Positions 19,521-28,674 of a stretch of 64,000 bases of DNA are shown piece by piece. The position numbers and the translations under genes are program-made. Source of the stretch: an uncultured Acidobacteriota bacterium. Lineage in GTDB: Bacteria; Acidobacteriota; Thermoanaerobaculia; Multivoradales; JAHEKO01. Under the pieces are notes generated by a model that was not told the origin of the DNA, did no database searches, and saw nothing but the letters and a program-made list of their open reading frames with translations. How positions within the stretch are numbered: the stretch's first letter is position 1; every line of letters starts with the position of its first letter. Where the stretch lies: positions 192,001-256,000 of the forward strand of contig CAVQNG010000025.1 of assembly GCA_963713825.1 (NCBI GenBank). Direction: 5' to 3'.

Positions 19521-20648
19521 ATGAGTGGAACGATGAGTGTCGAAGAGGCAGGCCGCAGGCAGGCAACGCAAGAGGCCGGCACCGATTTTGATGAGCTGTT
19601 GGTCTCTTTCCGGGATCGGCTGGAGACCGACCTCATGGCCTGGGTCGAGGCCAAGCGCCTTGCGACCCGCGCCGAGCTCGGGGAGGCCGACGAGCTGACT
19701 GGAGTGCTGTCGGAGTTCCTGGCGCGCGATGGGAAGCGATTGCGCCCTGCCCTGGTCTACTACAGCTACAGAGCTTGTGGCGGCGATTCGGAGCCGGTTG
19801 TCATGCCGGTGGCCATGGCTGTCGAGCTGCTGCACACCTATCTTCTGGTGCACGATGACATCATGGATCACGCCAAGACGCGGCGTGGAGAGCCGGCCGT
19901 GCATGTGCTGTTCAGCGAGTTCCACCGCGACCGTGGATGGCACGGAGACTCCAGCCACTTCGGCACCTCTGTGGGTATCTTGCTCGGTGACCTGGCGGAG
20001 TCGTACGCCGTCGAGCTCTACTCGTCTTCCGAGATGTCGGAGGCAGTGAGAGACGGTGTGCGGCAGTGCTTTTCGACGATGTGCCAGGAGGTCATTGTTG
20101 GACAGTATTTGGAGATGACAGCCGGGTATCGAGGCAATCTGACCGAGGCAGAGCTGCTGCGGATCCTGCAAATGAAATCAGGCCGCTACAGTGTCGAGCG
20201 ACCGGTTCAGCTGGGAGCACTGCTGGCTGCAGCTTCACGGGACACCCTCGATGCTCTGACCCGATACGGGGCTCGGCTTGGTGAGGCCTTCCAACTTCAG
20301 GACGATCTCCTGGGGATGTTTGGCGATGTCGAGACGGTTGGCAAGCCGGTAGGCGAAGATCTGGCCGAGGGCAAGTACACGATCTTGATTCACAGCGCCC
20401 TCGAGAAGCTCTCGCCAGCGGATAGAAAAACCGTCGAAAGGGCGCTTGGCAACGCCGATATTCGAGAGCCGGAGGTGAGAGAGGTTCAGAAGCTCATCGA
20501 GGGTGTCGGGGCTCGCCAACAGGTCGTCGAAATGATCGAAACGCGCCTTCAGGCCGCCGACCAGGCCCTCGACCAGGCCGCAGTGACGGGCCCGGGAGCG
20601 AGTTTCCTCGAGGGGCTGATGGAGTACCTGCGTGGGCGAGAGCGCTAG
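19521..20648 (+). CDS. Short-chain polyprenyl diphosphate synthase (type-I FPP/GGPP synthase-like)
   Basis: GKRLRP, ELLHTYLLVHDDIMD (FARM), RRG, GQYLE, KSGRYS, AFQLQDDLLG (SARM), GK..GEDLAEGK; start uncertain (19506/19521/19533). Confidence 0.9.
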   Translation: MSGTMSVEEAGRRQATQEAGTDFDELLVSFRDRLETDLMAWVEAKRLATRAELGEADELTGVLSEFLARDGKRLRPALVYYSYRACGGDSEPVVMPVAMAVELLHTYLLVHDDIMDHAKTRRGEPAVHVLFSEFHRDRGWHGDSSHFGTSVGILLGDLAESYAVELYSSSEMSEAVRDGVRQCFSTMCQEVIVGQYLEMTAGYRGNLTEAELLRILQMKSGRYSVERPVQLGALLAAASRDTLDALTRYGARLGEAFQLQDDLLGMFGDVETVGKPVGEDLAEGKYTILIHSALEKLSPADRKTVERALGNADIREPEVREVQKLIEGVGARQQVVEMIETRLQAADQALDQAAVTGPGASFLEGLMEYLRGRER

Positions 20649-20672
20649 GCCGCGGATCTACCGAGACAAATT

Positions 20673-21692
20673 ATGACTTCGCACGAAGACCGGGATCGCA
20701 AGGCCGAGCACATCCAGTTGTCCCTCGACGACCGGATGCAGTTGCACGGGCACTACTTCGATGCATACTCCTTCGAGCACCAGGCGCTGCCCGAGCTAGA
20801 TCTCCAGGAGGTGGAGGTCTCGACCCGATTCCTCGACAAAGCCATCGCAGCGCCTCTCCTGATTTCCTGTATGACGGGCGGCACCGGCGATGCGGTCCGC
20901 ATCAACCGGCATCTTGCAGAGGCTGCTGAGGAGGTCGGGATCGCCCTTGGGATCGGCTCACAGCGCAAGGCACTCGAAGATCCCAGCCTGGTCGAGAGCT
21001 TCAAGGTCCGGCAGTGGGCTCCGACAATTCCCCTGCTCGGCAACCTGGGTGCGGTGCAGTTGAATTATGGCTATGGCCTGGACGAGTGTCGAGCCGCCGT
21101 GGAAATGATCGAGGCCGACGCTCTGGTGCTACACCTCAATCCTCTGCAGGAAGCGATCCAGCCAGAAGGGCAGTGCGACTTCAGCGGTTTGATCTCCAAG
21201 GTCGGGCAGATCGTGGAGGGTCTGGAAGTGCCGGTCATCGTCAAGGAGGTCGGGTCGGGCATCTCCCAAGGATTGGCCACCAGGCTGTGGGATGTCGGAG
21301 TGATAATCGTCGATACGGCTGGAGTTGGTGGAACGAGCTGGGCGCGAATCGAAGGCGCACGGGCCCGGGACACAGAGATCGGAGAGCTCTTTGCTGGCTG
21401 GGGGATTCCGACACCGGCGAGCATTCGACAGCTGCGCCGAGTACCCGGTCTCCAGATCATCGGCAGCGGTGGCGTCAGCAACGGCCTCGATGTCGCCAAG
21501 GCGATCGCTCTCGGGGCGGAGATGGCGGGCATGGCGCAGCCCTTCCTGGTCGCCGCGGATGATTCGGCCGAGGCCGTCGTGAGAAAGATCAGGCGCACGA
21601 CAAGAGAGCTCGAGATCACCATGTTCTGCACCGGGGCGCGCAATCTCGAGGCCCTACAGCAAGTCGAGTTACGTCATCCTAGCGAGGATTGA
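20673..21692 (+). CDS. fni: Type 2 isopentenyl-diphosphate delta-isomerase (IDI-2)
   Basis: RKAEHI, MTGG, GSQR, NLGAVQL, HLNPLQEAIQPEG, IVKEVGSG, GGTSW, WGIPT. Confidence 0.95.
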   Translation: MTSHEDRDRKAEHIQLSLDDRMQLHGHYFDAYSFEHQALPELDLQEVEVSTRFLDKAIAAPLLISCMTGGTGDAVRINRHLAEAAEEVGIALGIGSQRKALEDPSLVESFKVRQWAPTIPLLGNLGAVQLNYGYGLDECRAAVEMIEADALVLHLNPLQEAIQPEGQCDFSGLISKVGQIVEGLEVPVIVKEVGSGISQGLATRLWDVGVIIVDTAGVGGTSWARIEGARARDTEIGELFAGWGIPTPASIRQLRRVPGLQIIGSGGVSNGLDVAKAIALGAEMAGMAQPFLVAADDSAEAVVRKIRRTTRELEITMFCTGARNLEALQQVELRHPSED

Positions 21693-21698
21693 AGCACC

Positions 21699-22967
21699 AT
21701 GACCTCTGCACAGCAAGATTCCGTGGATCGTGAGGAACTGGTTCGACAGTTGGTCGAGGGTGAGCGGCGCTGGCACGAGTTGCCGGAAGGGATGCCGGCT
21801 CACGTTCAAGCCAAGATCCGACGTCGTGCCCTGGAGGCCATGACCGGTGTCCAGCTCGACAACATCGCCGCCTACACTCTCGATCCGGTGCGAGCTTCAA
21901 CGCGACACGCGGAGAACTTCATCGGTGCGACGCAGATTCCCGTCGGCATCTGCGGACCGCTCAAGGTCAAGGGCACTTGGGTCAGTGTCGAGGAGGATCT
22001 TCACGTACCGTTGGCGACCAGCGAAGGAGCGCTGATCGCGAGTATCAACCGGGGCTGCCGAGCCCTGCGTGAAGCGGGGGGCGCTGTCGTTCGTGTCGAA
22101 GACGTCGGAATGACCCGAGCGCCGGTTTTTCGCACACTCGGAATCGATGACACCCGGCGCTTTCTCGACTGGGTGCGCCAGAACGACTCGAAGATTCGTC
22201 AGGTGGCGGAGGCGACCAGTAACCATCTCGAGCTCCTGGATATCAAGCCGCAGACTTTTGGCAGTTCGATCTATCTCCGCTTTCGCTTCCGGACGGGGGA
22301 TGCCATGGGCATGAACATGGCAACGATCGCTTGCGATCGAGTCGTGCGGGACCTCATCGAGCCGGGCACCGGCATTCCCTGCGTAGCGCTGTCGGGCAAC
22401 TTCTGCGTCGACAAGAAACCCTCGGCGGTCAACTTCCTGGAAGGCCGGGGCAAGCGAATCTACGCCGAAGTGGTGCTCGATGGCGAGATTCTCGAGCGCT
22501 GCCTGAAGAGCACTTCTCGATCGCTGGTGGAGGTGCAGTATCGGAAGAACCTCCTGGGCTCGATCGCTGCCGGTTCGATGGGATTCAATGCCCACTATGC
22601 GAACGTTCTGGCTGCGGCCTTCATTGCCATGGGTCAGGACGTGGCACAGGTGGTCGAAGGGGCAATGGGGGTGACCTGCATCGAACCCCGGGGCGACGAT
22701 GCCGTCTTCGCCTCGGTGTATCTCCCGGACGTGCCGTTGGGTGTCGTCGGTGGTGGTACGGCACTGGGCCCGCAAAAGGAGGCCCTGGAGGTCATCGGCG
22801 CCGTTGCCGACCCCGAGAACCCCGGTGCTGGAGCGATGCGATTGGCAGAGATTCTGGGCGCGATGGTCCTGGCTGGCGAGCTTTCATTGCTGGCTGCCTT
22901 CACCTCTGGAGACCTTGCTGGGGCCCACGAGCAGCTCGGCCGCGGCGCCATTCCCGACGCAACCTAG
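21699..22967 (+). CDS. hmgA: Class I (NADPH, archaeal/eukaryote-type) HMG-CoA reductase
   Basis: ENFIG, PLATSEGALIASINRG, DAMGMNM, SGNFCVDKKPSA.N..EGRGK (class I hallmark), GQDVAQ, VGGGT, LAGELSL, catalytic C-terminal His (AHEQLGR). Confidence 0.94.
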   Translation: MTSAQQDSVDREELVRQLVEGERRWHELPEGMPAHVQAKIRRRALEAMTGVQLDNIAAYTLDPVRASTRHAENFIGATQIPVGICGPLKVKGTWVSVEEDLHVPLATSEGALIASINRGCRALREAGGAVVRVEDVGMTRAPVFRTLGIDDTRRFLDWVRQNDSKIRQVAEATSNHLELLDIKPQTFGSSIYLRFRFRTGDAMGMNMATIACDRVVRDLIEPGTGIPCVALSGNFCVDKKPSAVNFLEGRGKRIYAEVVLDGEILERCLKSTSRSLVEVQYRKNLLGSIAAGSMGFNAHYANVLAAAFIAMGQDVAQVVEGAMGVTCIEPRGDDAVFASVYLPDVPLGVVGGGTALGPQKEALEVIGAVADPENPGAGAMRLAEILGAMVLAGELSLLAAFTSGDLAGAHEQLGRGAIPDAT

Positions 22968-23040
22968 AGTTGCCCCCGAGCATGATGGAGAGTTCCCCTC
23001 TGGCGCCCGAAGCAGGCTCGACGCTGAGGGCGCGTTCCTG

Positions 23041-24120
23041 ATGCCGCGACACGTTCTGGCCACCACCCCTGGCAAGCTCATTCTGATGGGGGAGCATGCG
23101 GCGGTCTATGGACGGCCGGCCCTGGTAGCGGCTGTAGCACCTCGCACGAGGGTGGAGGTGACCGAATACACCGCAGGGGTCGTGGTGGAGCTACCCGACC
23201 TGGATCGGGAGCTGCGCAGCAACTGGTCCGAGTTGGCGGCAGCAGCGGAGGCTGCGCGGATCCAGTGGGAAGCTTTCTCCGAGAACCCGATAGCGGAGCG
23301 CTTCGAGGCCCTGCGAAGCTCCGACCCTGCCCACCTGGTCGAGCTCGCTCTCGGGGAGGTGGCGGTCGAGCTGGGAGCCGACCTGCCTCCGATGACCCTG
23401 CATGTGAAGTCGGACCTACCTGTCGGCTCGGGATTCGGCAGCTCGGCGGCCGTGGCGGTGGGGCTCGTGGGCGGGGTTCTGTGCTTCATGGAAGGCGTCG
23501 CGGCTCGGCCACTCGTCGATCGCATCGCTTTCGATGTCGAGCGTCGCCAGCACGGGATGCCTTCCGGCGTTGATCACCGAACGGTGCTGCAAGGCGGCAT
23601 TCTGTGGGCCGAGCGGAGCTCTGGGGGTGAGCTTCTCACCACGCCGGTCGAAGGCGGTCAGCTCCTTGGCTCCCGCATCCAGGTGCTGCATACAGGGCAG
23701 CCGTCGGAGACGACGGGTGACGTGGTGGCGGCGGTTCGGCAACTCGCCTACGAAGACCAGGCGGGCTTCGACAGGTTGCTGCATCGGATGGAGTCGTCCG
23801 TCGACGGTTTTCGTGACTGGCTGAGGAGTGGGGCGGGCGATCTCGATCGAGCGATCACGGCGATTCGAGACTATGAGACATGCCTGGAAGCCATAGGTGT
23901 TGTTCCTGCATCTGTGCAGCAGGCGATTCGAGAAGTGGAGGCGCTTGGTGGGGCCGCCAAGATCTCTGGCGCCGGGGCCCTTTCGGGCGAGGCCGCGGGT
24001 TGTCTTCTCGTCTGCTGGCCCGACACCTGGGATGGTCGGTCGCCGAAAGGTCTGTCGGCATACAATCTCCAGGATGTGGAGTTGGGGGTGCCAGGATTGA
24101 CTTGCGAGGTCGAGGGATGA
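23041..24120 (+). CDS. mvk: Mevalonate kinase (GHMP family)
   Basis: PGKLILMGEHAAVYG, LPVGSGFGSSAA, HGMPSGVD, KISGAG. Confidence 0.9.
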   Translation: MPRHVLATTPGKLILMGEHAAVYGRPALVAAVAPRTRVEVTEYTAGVVVELPDLDRELRSNWSELAAAAEAARIQWEAFSENPIAERFEALRSSDPAHLVELALGEVAVELGADLPPMTLHVKSDLPVGSGFGSSAAVAVGLVGGVLCFMEGVAARPLVDRIAFDVERRQHGMPSGVDHRTVLQGGILWAERSSGGELLTTPVEGGQLLGSRIQVLHTGQPSETTGDVVAAVRQLAYEDQAGFDRLLHRMESSVDGFRDWLRSGAGDLDRAITAIRDYETCLEAIGVVPASVQQAIREVEALGGAAKISGAGALSGEAAGCLLVCWPDTWDGRSPKGLSAYNLQDVELGVPGLTCEVEG

Positions 24121-25121
24121 CAGCAAAAGCCACAGTCGTCGCACCGGCGAATATCGCCTTCATCAAGTACTGGGGCACGCAGGACTGGGATCAGACGTTG
24201 CCCTTCAACCCCTCCATCTCTATGACTCTACGTGAGTGTGTCACCCGCACGACCGTCGAGCTCATCGAACGTTCAGAGGGCGACTCGGTCCTTCTCAGAA
24301 CGGCAGAGGGTAGCCTCGAGCCAGCCGCCGAAGCGTTCCGTCAGCGCCTCGAGCCCCACCTTGACCGGCTCCGCAGATGGGCTGGTGAAGAAGTCGCGTT
24401 TCGAGTCGCCACCGAGAATAGCTTCCCCATGGGGGCCGGCATGGCTTCGTCGGCATCGGGCTTCGCTGCCCTCACACTGGCCGTGGTGGCTGCCCTTGGC
24501 AAGCAGACCTCAGGGGAAGAGGCGTCCGTTCTGGCACGCCTCAGTGGGTCCGGATCAGCCTCTCGATCGGTCCTGGGAGGCTATGTTCGGTGGCCCGCTG
24601 GAGAGGAACCTGGAGAGGAGCATGCGGTTCAGTTGGCATCGGCGGACCACTGGGACTTGCGCGATGTCGTAGCTGTCCTCCAGGAGCAGGCCAAGGAGGT
24701 TTCCTCTCGCGAGGGGCACGAGCGGGCACCTTCGAGTCCCTACTTCGAGCCCAGGCAGAAGTTGCTTCCGGACCGCCTCGAGACCGTCACCCAAGCGATT
24801 CTGGCGCGGGACTTTTCGTCCTTGGCGCAGACTGTCGAAGAGGAGGCGATCGACCTCCACCTCATCGCCATGTCTTCCCACCCGCCAATTTTCTACTGGA
24901 GACCAGGAACCCTCGAGGTCCTGGCGGCCATTCGCCTCCTGCGGCAGGATGGGGTCGAGGTCTGTGCAACCATGGACGCTGGTGCCAACGTGCACATGAT
25001 CTGCACGCCAGACTCCGAAGCCGCGGTGGCAGAGGTGGTGGGAGCGATAACAGAAGTCGGTTATTTGATCTACGACGGTGTTGGGCAGGGTCCCAGGACG
25101 ATTGAAGAGCACCTGGTCTGA
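24117..25121 (+). CDS. mvaD: MvaD-family decarboxylase, probably phosphomevalonate (MVA-5-P) decarboxylase
   Basis: ANIAFIKYWG, LPFNPSIS, NSFPMGAGMASSASG, SGSASRS, TMDAGANVH; ATGA overlap with mvk; specificity inferred from the adjacent IPK and the absence of PMK. Confidence 0.85.
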   Translation: MTAKATVVAPANIAFIKYWGTQDWDQTLPFNPSISMTLRECVTRTTVELIERSEGDSVLLRTAEGSLEPAAEAFRQRLEPHLDRLRRWAGEEVAFRVATENSFPMGAGMASSASGFAALTLAVVAALGKQTSGEEASVLARLSGSGSASRSVLGGYVRWPAGEEPGEEHAVQLASADHWDLRDVVAVLQEQAKEVSSREGHERAPSSPYFEPRQKLLPDRLETVTQAILARDFSSLAQTVEEEAIDLHLIAMSSHPPIFYWRPGTLEVLAAIRLLRQDGVEVCATMDAGANVHMICTPDSEAAVAEVVGAITEVGYLIYDGVGQGPRTIEEHLV

Positions 25122-25125
25122 AGCG

Positions 25126-25953
25126 ATGGCATCGACGATAGAAGTCGTTCTCGTCAAGCTGGGCGGCAGCCTGATCACCGACAAACGGCGACCGGAGACG
25201 GCGCGAGAGGATGTTATCGAGCGTCTGGCCGGGGAGCTCGCGGCTCTGCGGCAGGCTGGGGTGCGCCTCGTCCTGGGTCATGGTAGCGGCTCCTTCGGTC
25301 ATGTGGCGGCTGCGAAACACGGCATCCACGAGGGGGTGGCAACGCCCGATCAGCTTCTTGGCGTGACCGAGACTCAGGATCGGGCGGCAAACCTGAACCG
25401 ACGGGTCCTCGGCGCCCTGCTAAGGAGCTCGGTTCCGGCATTCTCATTGGCGCCGTCGAGTTTCCTTGTTTCGGCGGGAGGAAGACCGGACGAGCTATGG
25501 ATCGAGTCTCTGCTGGGCGCCCTGCAGGTGGGAATGCTCCCAGTGGTCTATGGAGACGTCGTCATGGACCGCCAGCTGGGAGCCTCGATCGCGTCGACCG
25601 AAGCCGTCTTCCTGGCCCTGGCCGAGGGACTCCAGGCCCGTGGCATGGTAGTTCGGCGCAGCATCTGGCTGGGCGAGACCGACGGCATCTACGACAGTCA
25701 GGGCGTGACGATCGGGGAGCTGCGACCCGACACCGTTGGGGACCTGCTGGACCAGATCCAGGGGGCCTCAGGAACCGACGTCACGGGAGGGATGAGACTT
25801 CGTCTGGAGACAGCGACTCGTCTCGCTGGGCTCGGAGTCGAGTCCTGGATAGCGAATGGCCTTCAGCCCGGGCTGCTGGCTGAGATCATGAGCGGCCATT
25901 GCGCCAAGGGAACGAGGGTGTTGGCGGCTCCGACTTCTCAGCCCCCAAGCTGA
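25126..25953 (+). CDS. ipk: Isopentenyl phosphate kinase (amino acid kinase family)
   Basis: VKLGGSLITDK, GHGSGSFGH (IPK-diagnostic His), PVVYGDV, DVTGGM. Confidence 0.9.
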   Translation: MASTIEVVLVKLGGSLITDKRRPETAREDVIERLAGELAALRQAGVRLVLGHGSGSFGHVAAAKHGIHEGVATPDQLLGVTETQDRAANLNRRVLGALLRSSVPAFSLAPSSFLVSAGGRPDELWIESLLGALQVGMLPVVYGDVVMDRQLGASIASTEAVFLALAEGLQARGMVVRRSIWLGETDGIYDSQGVTIGELRPDTVGDLLDQIQGASGTDVTGGMRLRLETATRLAGLGVESWIANGLQPGLLAEIMSGHCAKGTRVLAAPTSQPPS

Positions 25954-26034
25954 CATGCGCTCGAGAGAAATCGACGGCGAGGCAAAGGGCGAGGGCTGTT
26001 AGGATGAGCGGCCAAAGGAACGCAGAAGGCTGAA

Positions 26035-27030
26035 ATGAGCGGTGATCGAGACGAGGCTTCAGTTGTGACCGAGCGCAATCGGGCTGGCGATCAGAGGCAG
26101 GATGAGGGCGAGTTGTTGCAGGATCTCCTGGTCAAGACAAGTCGGACGTTTGCCCTGGCCATTCCACTTCTGCCGGATCCCACGCTGCGTGAAGTCACGA
26201 TTGCCTATCTGTTGTTTCGGATTGCGGACACTTTCGAGGACGCCAGCGTGCTGTGGGACAAACCGCAGCAGATCCGGGCACTGCAGGACTTTGGCGATCT
26301 TCTGCGCCAACCTTCTGTGGAGCGGGCTCGGGAGCTGTCGCGTCAGTGGCAGTCCAAGCCCTCGTCAGAACACGCGGGCTATTTAGAGCTATTGGACAGG
26401 ACGCCGGATGTCATCGCGGCCTTTCTCGAGCTCAGCCCGGGAGCCCAGAGGGCAGTGGCCCATCACACGATTCGGACGGCCGAGGGAATGGCCTCTGTGG
26501 TGGAGCGGACCGGTGCCGACGGTGTGTTGCGGCTGGATAGCATCCCCGAGCTGCAGAGTTATTGCTACATCGTTGCGGGCATCGTAGGAGAGATGCTCAC
26601 AGACCTGTTTCTTCTGGAGCGCCCCAACCTGATCCCCATCGCCGGCTACCTGCGACAGCGGTCGGTGGCTTTCGGTGAGGGTCTGCAGCTCGTCAACATC
26701 CTCAAGGACTCGGCCGACGACAGCGTCGAAGGCCGCAACTATCTGCCCTACGACATCGAGCGACGAGAAGTCTTCGATCTGGCCCGGCAAGACCTCGAAG
26801 CGGCTACGGAGTACACCTTGGCGATTCAACAGGCTGGGGGGCCGGACGGACTCGTTCTGTTCACCGGCCTGCCCGTAGCTCTGGCCTGGGCGACTCTCGA
26901 CAAGGTGGAGAAAGACGGACCGGGCGCGAAGATCGGCCGCGTCGAGGTCTTTGCCATTAACAGTCGCTTGAAGAAGGCCGTCGCCGCCGGCCGGCCGGCA
27001 ATCCAAACCCCGAACAAGAAGCCGGCCTGA
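26035..27030 (+). CDS. sqs: Squalene synthase (single-enzyme farnesyl-diphosphate farnesyltransferase type)
   Basis: SRTFALAI, AYLLFRIADTFED, YCYIVAGIVGEMLT, FGEGLQLVNILKD, GRNYLP; ends the hopanoid/MVA cluster. Confidence 0.82.
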   Translation: MSGDRDEASVVTERNRAGDQRQDEGELLQDLLVKTSRTFALAIPLLPDPTLREVTIAYLLFRIADTFEDASVLWDKPQQIRALQDFGDLLRQPSVERARELSRQWQSKPSSEHAGYLELLDRTPDVIAAFLELSPGAQRAVAHHTIRTAEGMASVVERTGADGVLRLDSIPELQSYCYIVAGIVGEMLTDLFLLERPNLIPIAGYLRQRSVAFGEGLQLVNILKDSADDSVEGRNYLPYDIERREVFDLARQDLEAATEYTLAIQQAGGPDGLVLFTGLPVALAWATLDKVEKDGPGAKIGRVEVFAINSRLKKAVAAGRPAIQTPNKKPA

Positions 27031-28622
27031 TGGGTCGCTACCTTCGTCGTATCCTCTTTCTCCAGACTCTCCAGGTTCTGCTCGTAGCCGTGGCAGGTGC
27101 CCAGATCTGGGCTGGCCAGGCCGAAGTCCGGGGTCTTGTCACCGACCTGGACCAGGTGCCCATAGCGGCAGCCGAAGTCACGCTGTATCTCGCGGATCAG
27201 CCTGGTGTCGGTCCGACATCTGTCGAGACAGACGTCCAGGGTCGCTGGAGGATCGGGCGCATTGCCGAAGGGCGATGGGATCTCGTCATCAAGGCTCGAG
27301 ATTTCATGACTGTCGAAGGGTGGGTACAGTCGTCGATAGGACACTCCGAAGAAGTCGAGGTCTGGATGCGCCCCCTAGCCGAGGTCACGGCCGCCTTCGC
27401 CGAGAGCTCCTCGTCGGTTCTACGGTGGCTGGAAAAGGGCGACACCTTGCTGGAGCAAGGCCGGTATCCGGCGGCCAGAGAAGAGTATGAAAAGGCCCTT
27501 GGGGCCGTTCCGAGGACGTCGTGGGCCAAGATCCTGCAGTCCATGGCCAGGACCTACTACCTCGAGGGGGACCTCGAGGTGGCGATCAGGACGCTTCAGT
27601 GGGCGCTGGTGGTCGATCCTGTGGATCTGATTTCCACACAGCTCTATTCCAACCTGCTGGAGCAGTTGGGTCGAGGCCCGGAAGCTGCGGAGTTCCTGAG
27701 GGAGCTACGGGCCAAGAGTCCGGCCGAGCTGGAAGAGCTGGCCGACGAGTACGGCTCAGTCTTGCCGAAGTCGCCAGTAGCGGACCCTCCGTCGAACGAT
27801 CGCACCAAGGTCCCCATCGATGAGCCCGAGGCGGGCAGAACCGGCTCCTATCGTGTCCGGTTCGAGGAGGCGAGCCCCCACTCGTCGTTGGAGGTGCTCC
27901 TGCAGCGCTTGGATCTCGATCTGGCTGCAGTCGAGGCTATCGATCCAGACGCCGGCCGCTACGACCTGAAAGGTGAGAGCTTCAGGGTCTTCGTGCCGCC
28001 CGCGTACTCTCCAGATGCAGATTTCGGGCTCTTCGTATGGATCAGTCCGACTCCTTTTGGTGGCTTCGCTTCGCCGGAGATGCAGAGTGCGCTCGAGGCG
28101 AGTCGACTCATCTGGGTCGGGGCCGATCGGGTCGGCAACGGCCGAGCCCGCTGGTATCGATACCTCCTCGCCCTGGATGCGGCGCACAATATGCGGCAGC
28201 TCTATCGCATCGACGAGGATCGGATCTTCGTTGGCGGCTACTCGGGGGGAGGCAGGGTTACCAGTGGATTGGCCATGCTCTACCCGGAGGTCTTTCGGGG
28301 GGGGTTCTCGCTGTCCGGGTGCGACTATCCGGAGCTCCTGCCGGTCCCCGACAAGCCGGGAGCTCACTGGCCGCCTGGGTTTCCTGCGCCCCCGAAGCGA
28401 GCGCTACGCGAGGTGAAATCGTCGAGTCGATTCGTGTTGCTGACGGGCGAGCTCGATTTTAATCGCGCCCAGACCCGCAAGACCTATCTGAAGATGCTCG
28501 ACGAGGGCTTCGAGCACGTCGTCTATTTCCAGGTTCCAAATGCCAGCCACTACGACCACCCAGACGCAGAAACCCTGACCCAGGCCTTCCGCTTCCTCAC
28601 CGCCGATTCTGCAAGCCCATAG
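27030..28622 (+). CDS. Secreted multidomain protein: carboxypeptidase-regulatory-like beta-sandwich + TPR + alpha/beta hydrolase
   Basis: TGATG overlap with sqs; signal peptide; VRGLVTD..VPIAAAEV...TDVQGRW; TPR (GDTLLEQGRYPAAREEYEKAL); RIFVGGYSGGG nucleophile elbow; LTGELD; C-terminal His. Confidence 0.7.
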   Translation: MGRYLRRILFLQTLQVLLVAVAGAQIWAGQAEVRGLVTDLDQVPIAAAEVTLYLADQPGVGPTSVETDVQGRWRIGRIAEGRWDLVIKARDFMTVEGWVQSSIGHSEEVEVWMRPLAEVTAAFAESSSSVLRWLEKGDTLLEQGRYPAAREEYEKALGAVPRTSWAKILQSMARTYYLEGDLEVAIRTLQWALVVDPVDLISTQLYSNLLEQLGRGPEAAEFLRELRAKSPAELEELADEYGSVLPKSPVADPPSNDRTKVPIDEPEAGRTGSYRVRFEEASPHSSLEVLLQRLDLDLAAVEAIDPDAGRYDLKGESFRVFVPPAYSPDADFGLFVWISPTPFGGFASPEMQSALEASRLIWVGADRVGNGRARWYRYLLALDAAHNMRQLYRIDEDRIFVGGYSGGGRVTSGLAMLYPEVFRGGFSLSGCDYPELLPVPDKPGAHWPPGFPAPPKRALREVKSSSRFVLLTGELDFNRAQTRKTYLKMLDEGFEHVVYFQVPNASHYDHPDAETLTQAFRFLTADSASP

Positions 28623-28674
28623 GCCATTACTCCTCTTGTCATGGGGTAGGATCGGCCCAACGAAGGAGACTGCC

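Noticed and set aside
24117-25121. Thermoplasma-type mevalonate 3-kinase
   Set aside because: The decarboxylase catalytic Asp (DAGAN) is retained and a normal mevalonate 5-kinase is adjacent.
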